Source: an uncultured Desulfatitalea sp.
GTDB lineage: Bacteria; Desulfobacterota; Desulfobacteria; Desulfobacterales; Desulfosarcinaceae
Assembly: GCA_963668675.2 (NCBI GenBank)
Contig: CAXXMB010000001.1
Coordinates: 768,001 to 832,000 of the forward strand
Length of the DNA stretch: 64,000 nucleotides
Direction: 5' to 3'
A model generated the notes under the pieces. The model was not told the origin of the DNA. It saw only the letters and a list, made by a program, of their open reading frames with translations, and searched no databases. Shown in pieces: positions 40,066 through 49,535 of the stretch; the stretch's first letter is position 1, and every line of letters starts with the position of its first letter. The translations under genes and the position numbers were made by a program.

Positions 40066-41082
40066 ATGAAATGGAATGAAAAACAGCCGATCAGGTACTT
40101 GATCACTGGCGGGTGCGGATTTATCGGGTCTAATTTTATTCGGCATTTACGCAAGAAGGCCCCCCAAAGTCAAATTCGCGTACTGGACAATTTGTCGGTC
40201 GGCAGCACTGATGATCTTGCCAATGTATGCCAATTCGAACAAAATGTCATTTCAAATGATAACCGCTCCATCCAGGATTTTAAAGAGAAAGTCCAGTTGG
40301 TTGTCGGCGATATCAGAAATTATGAAACATGCGTGATCAGCGCTCAGGGCGTAGATGTCATTATTCATCTGGCCGCCAATACGGGTGTGGCGCCATCTGT
40401 TGAGAATCCCAGAACCGACATGGAAACCAATGTCATCGGTGTGTTCAATATGCTGGAGGCTGCTCGCAAGGTCAATGTAAGACGTTTTGTTTTTGCATCT
40501 TCAGGAGCCCCGATTGGTGAGGTCGAACCTCCTATTCACGAAGAGCTGGCTCCACATCCTGTCTCTCCATACGGTGCAAGTAAACTGGCTGGAGAAGGTT
40601 ACTGTTCAGCCTTTTACAGAACGTATGGTCTTGAGACAGTTTCACTTCGATTTGGAAATGTGTATGGACCTGGTTCCGAACATAAAAGTAGTGTTGTAGC
40701 AGAATTTATTCGCAATGCACTGACGGGAGAATCCCTTGAGATTTACGGGGATGGCAAGCAGACACGTGATTTTATTTTTATTGACGATTTGATCGAAGCT
40801 ATCATGTTGTCGTGCGTATCGCCAGAAATAGGTGGGGAAACGTTTCAGATCGCCTCAAATCGTGAGACCACCATAACGGAATTGGTTGATCTCCTTTTGC
40901 ATCTCCTGAAACGGTTCGGTTTAAGTAATATAAACGTTGTCACGGCTGATCCGCGCCAAGGGGATGTCAAACGCAACTTTTCCGACACCAACAAAGCAAA
41001 GAAACGACTTGGATGGACACCGATATTCGATTTAGAAAAGGGGTTGAAAAGGACAATTTCCTGGTTTTTGAATCGTCAGTAA
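40066..41082 (+). CDS. NAD-dependent nucleotide-sugar epimerase (GalE-like)
   Basis: TGGCGFIG, YGASK, RFGNVYGP and QTRDF motifs. Confidence 0.9.
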   Translation: MKWNEKQPIRYLITGGCGFIGSNFIRHLRKKAPQSQIRVLDNLSVGSTDDLANVCQFEQNVISNDNRSIQDFKEKVQLVVGDIRNYETCVISAQGVDVIIHLAANTGVAPSVENPRTDMETNVIGVFNMLEAARKVNVRRFVFASSGAPIGEVEPPIHEELAPHPVSPYGASKLAGEGYCSAFYRTYGLETVSLRFGNVYGPGSEHKSSVVAEFIRNALTGESLEIYGDGKQTRDFIFIDDLIEAIMLSCVSPEIGGETFQIASNRETTITELVDLLLHLLKRFGLSNINVVTADPRQGDVKRNFSDTNKAKKRLGWTPIFDLEKGLKRTISWFLNRQ

Positions 41083-41118
41083 GAGAGCTGATGGGACCCG
41101 AGCCAACGTGTTTATTCT

Positions 41119-42336
41119 ATGCGTAAAAAACTCAAAATTCTTTTTATAGTGACTGAAGATTGGTATTTTTACTCACATCGCATGGCTGTGGGTAAAGCTG
41201 CGATGCGGAATGGATATGAAGTTTGGCTCGCCACGCGTGTAAAAAATCATGGAGATCTTATAAGCAGGGAAGGAATCCATCTTTTACCGTTACAGGAATT
41301 CAACAGAAAACTGGAAAACCCTTTCTCCGAATTCCGGAAATTCAGTGAATTGTTGAAAGTATTGCGTCGTTTGCAGCCTGATATATTGCACAACGTTGCT
41401 ATGAAGCCTGTTGTCTTTGGTACGCTTGCCGCTCATATAGTAGGCGTGCCTACGATTGTTAACGCACTCGCAGGCATGGGATTTCTATTTATATCTTCAC
41501 ATCCGACTATAGGCCTCTTGCGTCGGCTATTCATTCTCAGTCTCAGAATTTTAATGCGATCCAATCGAGTCGGTATGATCGTCCAAAATGAAACCGATCG
41601 GCGACTACTGATAAGTGAGCGCATCACGTCGGAGCATCAGATTGCTTTAATTCGTGGCAGCGGTTTTGATCCTGCAATATTTCGTTTTGAGCCTGAAGAC
41701 GCAACGGGCCTTCCAATTGTTATACTGCCGTCACGGATGCTAATAGATAAAGGGGTTGAGCAATTCGTTGATGCTGCTCGATTTATAAATCACAAAAGGC
41801 GTGTAGCGAATTTCGTTTTAGTAGGACAACCGGATGAAGACAATCCTGCGTCGATCCCCCGTGCAAGATTGCAAGCGTGGCATAGGGAAGGTGCGGTAGA
41901 ATGGTGGGGGCACAAAAACGCCATGTCGAATGTCTTTGCCCAATCCAACATCATATGCCTGCCCTCTTACAGAGAGGGATTGCCTAAAGTGCTGGTCGAA
42001 GCGGCAGCTTGTGGTCGAGCCATTGTGACCACCGATGTTCCTGGCTGTAACGATGTTGTACACCATGGCGTAAATGGATTATTGGTGCCTCCAAGAAGTT
42101 CACGTAGATTAGCGTCTGCGATACTAAAATTGATCCGCAATCCTCAACTTAGAGAAAAAATGGGAAAAAATGGCAGACAACGAGTGTTGAGCACTTTTTC
42201 CGAATCCGCTGTAACCGATGATACTTTAAAGTTTTACGACCATATGACCTGTCGCGCCTATAACCCCTGCCGATTCGCAAGTTCGACGGAAAACGCTTTA
42301 TTGTGTTCAGACGCTGCTGAGGAGCCTTCCGTTTGA
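41119..42336 (+). CDS. GT4 glycosyltransferase (PglA/WbpU-like)
   Basis: EDWYFYSHR, RMLIDKG, PSYREGLPKVLVEAAA and TDVPGC motifs. Confidence 0.9.
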   Translation: MRKKLKILFIVTEDWYFYSHRMAVGKAAMRNGYEVWLATRVKNHGDLISREGIHLLPLQEFNRKLENPFSEFRKFSELLKVLRRLQPDILHNVAMKPVVFGTLAAHIVGVPTIVNALAGMGFLFISSHPTIGLLRRLFILSLRILMRSNRVGMIVQNETDRRLLISERITSEHQIALIRGSGFDPAIFRFEPEDATGLPIVILPSRMLIDKGVEQFVDAARFINHKRRVANFVLVGQPDEDNPASIPRARLQAWHREGAVEWWGHKNAMSNVFAQSNIICLPSYREGLPKVLVEAAACGRAIVTTDVPGCNDVVHHGVNGLLVPPRSSRRLASAILKLIRNPQLREKMGKNGRQRVLSTFSESAVTDDTLKFYDHMTCRAYNPCRFASSTENALLCSDAAEEPSV

Positions 42337-43307
42337 AGCGGGTATTGATTACAGGCGCTAATGGTTTTATAGGCCAAGCAATGTGCAATCATCTGCTGGC
42401 ACAGGAGTGGCAGGTTCTTGGTGCCATTCGTCGAAGCGATAGCCGTTGCGATCTGCCCAAAGGTACCTTGGCGTGTGTAGTGGGAGAAATTGGACCGCAT
42501 ACGCATTGGGATCGTTTTTTGAGGAATGTGGATACTGTCATTCATTTAGCCGCCAGGGTTCATCATCCAGAGGACAAATCACAAGCGATCGTAAAAAAAT
42601 ATCATGAAACAAATACGATAGGGACGGGGAGACTTCTGAAGGCAGCCATAAACTCAAAGGTGCGACGCTTTATTTTCGTTAGTTCTGTCAAGGTAAACGG
42701 CGAGGGAAGAGATAGACCTTATCGAGAAAACGATCCACCGGCGCCAGTTGATGCTTATGGAACAACAAAAGCAGATGCAGAGAATCTGGTGAATTTTTCC
42801 TGGAAAAAGGCAAAAATCGAAACCACCATTCTCAGACCACCTCTGGTATACGGAAAGGGTGTCAGGGCGAATTTTCTTCAGCTGATGAAACTGGTTGAAA
42901 AAGGCATGCCGATGCCCTTTGCTGCGATCGACAGTCAAAGAAGTTTTATCTACTTGGAAAATTTGATTCATGCCATTGACACCTGCATTTCACATAGACA
43001 TGCTGTTGGAAAAACATTCCTGGTTTGCGATGATGAAACAATGGCTATACCGGATCTCATTGGGCGACTATCACGTGCGATGGGCAAGCAAGCACGACTA
43101 TTCGCTGTCCCAAAAGGTCTGCTATCTCTGTTGGAACGAGTACCCGGAGCCGGTTCTTCGATATCGAAGGTAAACAGGGCATTGATCGTCGACAACAACA
43201 AAATTAGAGAAGAACTGGGATGGAACCCCTTATACAGTGTTGATGAAGGTATTAGAGAAACTGTCAAGTGGTATTTGGGACATGCTTCGTATGGTTGCGA
43301 CCGGTAA
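42333..43307 (+). CDS. WbpV-like nucleotide-sugar 4-reductase/epimerase
   Basis: TGANGFIG, HLAARVH, SSVKVNGE, YGTTK and RPPLVYG motifs; TTG start overlaps the upstream stop. Confidence 0.85.
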   Translation: MKRVLITGANGFIGQAMCNHLLAQEWQVLGAIRRSDSRCDLPKGTLACVVGEIGPHTHWDRFLRNVDTVIHLAARVHHPEDKSQAIVKKYHETNTIGTGRLLKAAINSKVRRFIFVSSVKVNGEGRDRPYRENDPPAPVDAYGTTKADAENLVNFSWKKAKIETTILRPPLVYGKGVRANFLQLMKLVEKGMPMPFAAIDSQRSFIYLENLIHAIDTCISHRHAVGKTFLVCDDETMAIPDLIGRLSRAMGKQARLFAVPKGLLSLLERVPGAGSSISKVNRALIVDNNKIREELGWNPLYSVDEGIRETVKWYLGHASYGCDR

Positions 43308-43885
43308 TGATGAGATACGAGCAAATAAAACGATGGTTTGACGTTACTTTAGGCGTTGTGCTTCTCGGAATATGCGCCTTTCCAATGCTACTTATCATGA
43401 TCGCAATCAAAAGGACGTCCGTTGGCCCCATTCTGTTTTGGTCATCTAGAGTCGGAATCGACAACCATCTATTTCGGATGCCCAAGTTTAGAACCATGCG
43501 AATCGATACACCTCCGATGGCAACACATCTCCTTAAGAATCCTGAAGCTTATGTAACCAGTATCGGAGTTTTCCTGCGAAAAACAAGTCTGGATGAACTG
43601 CCTCAGCTGATAAGTGTTATCAAGGGAGACATGAGCATAGTCGGCCCCCGACCGGCCCTTTACAACCAGGATGACCTGGTAAGTCTCAGAACCGCACGTG
43701 GAATTCATCGAATCCCTCCAGGGGTGACTGGATGGGCCCAAATTAATGGCAGAGACGAATTACCGATTCCAGTAAAGGTCGGTTTCGATGAATATTATCT
43801 TAATCGTCACTCCATGGCATTTGACATTAAAATTGTCGCTTTGACAATCTTTAAAGTCGTCAGGAAAGAAGGCGTCAATCATTAA
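43307..43885 (+). CDS. Small phosphoglycosyl transferase (PglC-like initiating sugar transferase)
   Basis: KFRTM, LRKTSLDELPQL, VGPRP and TGWAQINGRD motifs; TAATG stop/start overlap. Confidence 0.92.
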   Translation: MMRYEQIKRWFDVTLGVVLLGICAFPMLLIMIAIKRTSVGPILFWSSRVGIDNHLFRMPKFRTMRIDTPPMATHLLKNPEAYVTSIGVFLRKTSLDELPQLISVIKGDMSIVGPRPALYNQDDLVSLRTARGIHRIPPGVTGWAQINGRDELPIPVKVGFDEYYLNRHSMAFDIKIVALTIFKVVRKEGVNH

Positions 43886-43904
43886 ACAACAGCCAGTGAT
43901 TTGA

Positions 43905-45869
43905 ATGGAAAAGAAAAAAATAAATAAAAACCTGTTGACCATAATCTTTTTGGATCTTCTTATTTTTTGGGGGTCTATCTACGTAAGCTATTTGCTTCGA
44001 TTTGATTTTTCCATACCCAAACCATTTCTAATAAGTTTGATCAAAGTACTGCCCTATATACTTGTCGCAAAACTGGTCATTTTCTACTTTTTCGATCTAT
44101 ACCGAGGTATGTGGCGCTATACGAGCATTGTCGATTTGATGAATATTCTCAAGGCGACCACACTCAGTTCAATGTTCATAATGAGTGGCTTGCTGATGAT
44201 GACAAGGTTTAAAGGGTTTCCAAGGAGTGCTTATCTTATAGACTGGTTTCTTACGATCTTGCTTGTTGCCGGACTTAGGATGACAGTACGTTTTTGTTTC
44301 CAATTTTCAGAACAAAGGGTGGGCTTTGGATTCATCGCAGATGCCGTTAGCAACCTCATCAGGAAGGAGAAGCGAAAGGCCAAGAATTTGATTATCATCG
44401 GGGCCGGCAGTTGTGGAGAAATTATTCTTAGAGAAATGATCAATAACTCGGTACTCAATTATCGCGTTCTTGGATTTTTAGATGATAATCCCGCAAAACA
44501 CGGAAAGAAAATCCACGGGATTAGGGTGCTTGGCGCAGTAGAGCAGATCGATCAGTTCGTGAGAGCCTATTCTGCCGATGAGATTTTGATAGCCATACCA
44601 TCGGCTAGTGCCAAACAGATGCGTAGGATTGTTCGATTATGTAAAAAAACCGAAATCACATATAAAACACTTCCCAATTACGGTGAACTGATCAATGGCA
44701 GCATCACGGTCCATTCTATCCGCGAAGTGGCTTATCAGGATCTAATTGGAAGAGAGGTCGTAAAACTGGATGAGATCAGTATTAAGAAGGGGATTGCCGG
44801 GCGCGTTATACTGGTAACCGGAGCTGCCGGTTCAATTGGCTCGGAGCTATGCCGTCAGTTGTGCCGGTACGATCCTGAGAAAATTGTGCTCTTCGACCGG
44901 GCGGAAAGCCCGTTGTACAATTTAGAGTTGGAACTTTCAAAAACGTTCCCCACAGTGGTTCTGCATCCGATCTTGGGAGATATTCTAAACACGGGACAAT
45001 TGGATCGAGCTTTCAGTGATCATGAACCTAAGCTTGTGTTTCATGCGGCTGCTTACAAGCATGTCCCTGTGCTGGAACTTCAACCATGGAATGCGGTTGG
45101 TAACAATATCCTTGGCACCATGAACGTTGTAAATTCTGCCAAAGCAAACGGTGTCGAACGATTCGTATTTGTCTCAACAGACAAGGCAGTGCGGCCGACC
45201 AATGTTATGGGAGCCACCAAACGTGTGAGTGAAATGCTCGTCCAATGCCAGAAAGCTGAAAAAAACAACACAACACTTTTTATGACGGTACGCTTCGGTA
45301 ATGTGGTGGGCAGTGTGGGCAGTGTGGTGCCTCTTTTCAGAAAACAGATTGCCAATGGAGGCCCTGTAACGGTAACACATCCGGAGGTGACCAGGTTTTT
45401 CATGACCATTCCGGAGGCAAGTCAATTGATCCTCGAAGCAAGCACAATGGGAAACGGGGGGGAAATATTTATACTGGACATGGGGACGTCCATTAAAATT
45501 GATGACATGGCTAAGGATTTGATCCGTCTTTCCGGTTTTGAGCCGGATGTGGACATTTCCATTGAATATACCGGGCTCCGCCCTGGTGAGAAACTGCATG
45601 AAGAGCTAATAGACAAAGATGAGGGCCTTCTCCCCACCACCCATGAGAAAATCCTTGTGCTCGAGAGCAGGTCCTGCGACCTGAATTGGTTAACCGAAAA
45701 GATTGACAGGCTTGCTGACTTAGCTGTCAAGCAGGATGTCTCTGGCATCAAAACGACTTTAAAGCAAATTGTTTCAGAATACACAATTTCATCCGAGAAA
45801 TTAAAACATGATTCCACGAGTGATTCTTTAAAAATCCTGACCTTTCCAGGAGCCAAGATTGGAAAATAG
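43905..45869 (+). CDS. Membrane-bound UDP-GlcNAc 4,6-dehydratase (PglF/WbpM/CapD)
   Basis: N-terminal TMs; GAGSCG; TGAAGSIG, HAAAYKHVP, STDKAV and MGATK motifs. Confidence 0.92.
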   Translation: MEKKKINKNLLTIIFLDLLIFWGSIYVSYLLRFDFSIPKPFLISLIKVLPYILVAKLVIFYFFDLYRGMWRYTSIVDLMNILKATTLSSMFIMSGLLMMTRFKGFPRSAYLIDWFLTILLVAGLRMTVRFCFQFSEQRVGFGFIADAVSNLIRKEKRKAKNLIIIGAGSCGEIILREMINNSVLNYRVLGFLDDNPAKHGKKIHGIRVLGAVEQIDQFVRAYSADEILIAIPSASAKQMRRIVRLCKKTEITYKTLPNYGELINGSITVHSIREVAYQDLIGREVVKLDEISIKKGIAGRVILVTGAAGSIGSELCRQLCRYDPEKIVLFDRAESPLYNLELELSKTFPTVVLHPILGDILNTGQLDRAFSDHEPKLVFHAAAYKHVPVLELQPWNAVGNNILGTMNVVNSAKANGVERFVFVSTDKAVRPTNVMGATKRVSEMLVQCQKAEKNNTTLFMTVRFGNVVGSVGSVVPLFRKQIANGGPVTVTHPEVTRFFMTIPEASQLILEASTMGNGGEIFILDMGTSIKIDDMAKDLIRLSGFEPDVDISIEYTGLRPGEKLHEELIDKDEGLLPTTHEKILVLESRSCDLNWLTEKIDRLADLAVKQDVSGIKTTLKQIVSEYTISSEKLKHDSTSDSLKILTFPGAKIGK

Positions 45870-45938
45870 CAGGAAAGAAAAGAAAACTGTAACTGTCAGA
45901 GTTGCTACTGGAATCATAGATGGGGCTTTATATTAGAA

Positions 45939-47183
45939 ATGGAAATTCATGGAGACTTAAACTGCCATAATTCAAAAGCACATAAAATTGCATTGTTTAT
46001 TCTTAATTTCCCGTTGATATGGTCAGCTACTGGCATGTTTTGGTTTCCCAAAGGGGTCAACTATGTCCCACCATTAGTAATTGCTGCCTTTATATCATCG
46101 TTTTTTGTATTTGGATTCAAAGGGGTTCTTCGGCATTTAAAAACTAATCTTTTTGCTCTATTAGTATTTGCCATTTCTGCTTATAATATCTTCCAGTACC
46201 AATATCACGGAAGTAGCTCTCAAGAATTGAGAGCTTTCATCACATGCTTTGTATTTGTTGTTTGTTTTAACAGAATGGTGTTAAAGAGAAAACATATCTT
46301 TGCATTAATTTTTGTCGCATCGTGCGGTGTTTTAGTCACAACGGGAATACAATCATTCTATTTCTCTATATCGCGTGCACATGGTTTTATAAATCCGATT
46401 GTTTTTGCCACTTATTGTGCTTCTATTGCAGTTATGTGTTTCTGTATATTTTTGCACCTAAAAAATTTTAAATCCGGAAAATTATTTTTTGTTTTATTTC
46501 TTTTGTTAATAATATCTACACTATTAACAGGATCGCGAGGGGTGTGGTTAGCTTTGGCCACATCAGTTGTAATAATTTCAAGTTTTAAATTTAAAAGATC
46601 TATGCTGTCACCAAAAAAAACAATTGCCGTACTTTCCTTAGCTATTTTGATCTTTGCAATTATTCTTTATCCTCTAATCATCAAGCGTATTCAAAAGACA
46701 ACTTTTCAATTGAAGCAAATTAAATCCGGAGAAATGAACAACTCTATAGGTGCCAGAATCCAACTATGGTCATCCGCTATAGAGCTTGCAGTGATTTCTC
46801 CTGTCTTGGGGCTCGGGGACTCGCATTCAACTGAATTACATGATTTATATCTTAAGGGTGCTATCAACAAAAAAGTACTACAATATACACACTACCATAA
46901 CATATTTTTAGATACTTTGGTGAAAAAAGGTATAATTGGATTAATTTTGCTTCTTGCACTGTACATTTACCCATTGATTGTTTCCATTAGAAATACCAAC
47001 AGTTCTTGGCGTAAAGACATTTCTTTAGGACTGTTTATTATCTATTTGGTAAGCGGGTTGACTGATGTACCTATGAATCACGATAAAACAATTTATCTAT
47101 ATGTATTTTTTATATTGGCTGTAGCATTTCCTATAGGCCAAAAAAATGGTCTATGCTTGGAAAATTCTGGAATTGGATCCTGA
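45939..47183 (+). CDS. waaL: O-antigen ligase
   Basis: Multi-TM protein; TGSRG, SIGARIQLW and HYHN motifs. Confidence 0.8.
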   Translation: MEIHGDLNCHNSKAHKIALFILNFPLIWSATGMFWFPKGVNYVPPLVIAAFISSFFVFGFKGVLRHLKTNLFALLVFAISAYNIFQYQYHGSSSQELRAFITCFVFVVCFNRMVLKRKHIFALIFVASCGVLVTTGIQSFYFSISRAHGFINPIVFATYCASIAVMCFCIFLHLKNFKSGKLFFVLFLLLIISTLLTGSRGVWLALATSVVIISSFKFKRSMLSPKKTIAVLSLAILIFAIILYPLIIKRIQKTTFQLKQIKSGEMNNSIGARIQLWSSAIELAVISPVLGLGDSHSTELHDLYLKGAINKKVLQYTHYHNIFLDTLVKKGIIGLILLLALYIYPLIVSIRNTNSSWRKDISLGLFIIYLVSGLTDVPMNHDKTIYLYVFFILAVAFPIGQKNGLCLENSGIGS

Positions 47184-47199
47184 TTAAAAGATTTTATTC

Positions 47200-47982
47200 A
47201 TGATAGAGATTTACATAATTAACCTTGAGTGTTCAGAGGCCCGCAGGAAAAATGCATTGTTTCAAGCAGACACAATGGGTTTGGAAATAAGAATTTTTAA
47301 AGCTATCGATGGCAAACGCCAAGACCATCCTTTGTTCAAAAATTACGATGACAATCTGAGGATGAGAAAAAAAGGCAAATCAATGACGCCAGCGCAGATC
47401 GGCTGTTTTGCCAGTCATTATCTACTCTGGGAAACATGCGCCAAGCGTTCAGAACCGGTCATTATACTAGAAGACGATGTTGATATATTCAATGATACTT
47501 TTTTAAAATTTTATCAATCTGTTCGTCTTCTGAACAAGAAATATGAATGTGTCAGGCTGTTTGACAACAAGTCCAAACATCATCGCGCAGTTGCAGTTGA
47601 ACGGATGAATGGTTTGGAAATTGCGAAGTTTACAAAAGGACACATGGGGACTACTGGATACTATTTAAACCCAAACGGTGCGAAGAAATTTATTAGAGGA
47701 GCGAAGAACTGGTTTCTGCCCGTTGACATTTACATGGATCGCTTTTGGGATCATCATGTTGAGTGTTATGGTACGATTCCTGCTTGTTTGACTAATGATA
47801 CAAAATTCCATTCTACAATTGCTTCTGATAGAGCAAAATCAGAAAAGCGTTCATTGGAAGTCAAAGTGCAGAGAGAAATATTCTCTGCTTGCGAGCAAAT
47901 TCGTAGAAGAATACACAATTTGAAATTTCAGACGAGCCTTTTTTGGGGTGATTTGAAAAACAATTTCAGATCCCATCAATAA
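47200..47982 (+). CDS. Glycosyltransferase family 25
   Basis: YIINL, AIDG, GCFASH, ILEDD and PVD motifs. Confidence 0.9.
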   Translation: MIEIYIINLECSEARRKNALFQADTMGLEIRIFKAIDGKRQDHPLFKNYDDNLRMRKKGKSMTPAQIGCFASHYLLWETCAKRSEPVIILEDDVDIFNDTFLKFYQSVRLLNKKYECVRLFDNKSKHHRAVAVERMNGLEIAKFTKGHMGTTGYYLNPNGAKKFIRGAKNWFLPVDIYMDRFWDHHVECYGTIPACLTNDTKFHSTIASDRAKSEKRSLEVKVQREIFSACEQIRRRIHNLKFQTSLFWGDLKNNFRSHQ

Positions 47983-48265
47983 CCTTAGAAAATTGCGGTT
48001 TAAAATAAATTACATTCTGGATCCTATCTCAAATAATTCCAGACACTATGGATATGATATTCGAGTAATGGAGAGAATAAAACAATCATCGTATAGTCAA
48101 CGCCATATCGGCACGGATGGATAGCAGAAAGCCCGTTTGAATGGCGCCCTCATTTTTGGGTATTTGATCGCTCAACATGAATCCCAGATAACCGTTAAAA
48201 ATTATAATGGTATTCAACTGATAATCAAAGAGGAATAAATTACTCTAAAATTATTGGACAAGCCC

Positions 48266-49507
48266 ATGAAGCAAAGTGAGTCAAGGCAACCGTTAAATCA
48301 TATAGACAATCTGGAGCAATTAATACAAAAAGGGACTAAGGTTCCTGAGCCCAAGAGTGTCTATGTCGGAGAAGATGTAGACATCGAGCGAATTTCAGGA
48401 GAGGGCGTAACGCTTTACCCAGGGACGAGGATTTGCGGGAAATCTTCATTTATTGCGAAGGGTGCCCAGATTAGTGCCGAGGGGACAGCAACCATTCTCA
48501 ACTGTTATATTGGCCCATATGCAGAACTGAAGGGCGGTTTTTTTAATGAATCGGTATTTTTAGCAAAAACCAGTTGCGGGCTGGGATCCCATGTCAGGGA
48601 AGGGACAATTTTGGAGGAGCAAGCCAGCATCGCCCATACAGTCGGGTTAAAACAGACGATACTTTTCCCTTTTGTCACCCTTGGAAGTCTTATCAATTTC
48701 TGTGATTGTTTTATGTCCGGCGGCACTGGGCGACAAAACCACAGTGAAGTGGGTAGTTCCTATATTCACTTCAATTTTACCCCCAATCAGGACAAGGCAA
48801 CGCCGTCTCTTATAGGTGATATCCCCAGAGGGGTTATGCTCAACCAGTCCCCTATTTTCCTGGGAGGGCAGGGGGGGTTAGTGGGCCCCAGTCGGTTGGA
48901 ATTTGGCACTGTGATAGCCGCTGGGACTATCAACCGAAAAGATCAGCTGAAAGAGAACCATCTTGTATTGGGGGAAAAATCGCGTAGCGGCAGTGTGCCA
49001 TATTCTACCGGCACCTACTACAATCTCAGACGTATTTTGCGTAACAATATAATATACATCGGAAATTTATATGCTTTGCGGCAGTGGTACATTCATGTCA
49101 GGTCCCAATTTACCGGGGACGATTTCGCACCGGAACTATTCGATGGACTAAAATCAACGCTAATGCTCGGCATATCAGAACGCATCAAACAACTTGGTCG
49201 CCTTGCTGACAAATTGGCGGAAACAAATGCCCATGATGGAATTCAGCACGATTTTCCGAAGGCCTGGCAAAAAATCGAATCCCGATTTGAGGCGCTGATC
49301 GACTTTTCTGGGAATGATGACGAAAGGGAGTCTTTCTTGGAGCAGATCGCGCGCCTAATAGGCCACCAAGGTAAAGACTATCTACGTGTGATAAAATCAC
49401 TGGACATGAATCAAAGGCAAGCAGGTACCGGGTGGCTTGATGAGATTGTTTCTAAAGTGGTACAAGAGACCTCGCAGTGCGTAACTTCCTTGGCTAAACG
49501 GCCTTAA
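48266..49507 (+). CDS. GlmU C-terminal-like left-handed beta-helix protein lacking the uridyltransferase domain
   Basis: Hexapeptide-repeat region (SHVREGT, LGSLINFCD) plus a helical C-terminus; immediately upstream of glmM. Confidence 0.7.
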   Translation: MKQSESRQPLNHIDNLEQLIQKGTKVPEPKSVYVGEDVDIERISGEGVTLYPGTRICGKSSFIAKGAQISAEGTATILNCYIGPYAELKGGFFNESVFLAKTSCGLGSHVREGTILEEQASIAHTVGLKQTILFPFVTLGSLINFCDCFMSGGTGRQNHSEVGSSYIHFNFTPNQDKATPSLIGDIPRGVMLNQSPIFLGGQGGLVGPSRLEFGTVIAAGTINRKDQLKENHLVLGEKSRSGSVPYSTGTYYNLRRILRNNIIYIGNLYALRQWYIHVRSQFTGDDFAPELFDGLKSTLMLGISERIKQLGRLADKLAETNAHDGIQHDFPKAWQKIESRFEALIDFSGNDDERESFLEQIARLIGHQGKDYLRVIKSLDMNQRQAGTGWLDEIVSKVVQETSQCVTSLAKRP

Positions 49508-49535
49508 TAAAATTGTAAAGTGAGACTTCACGGTT

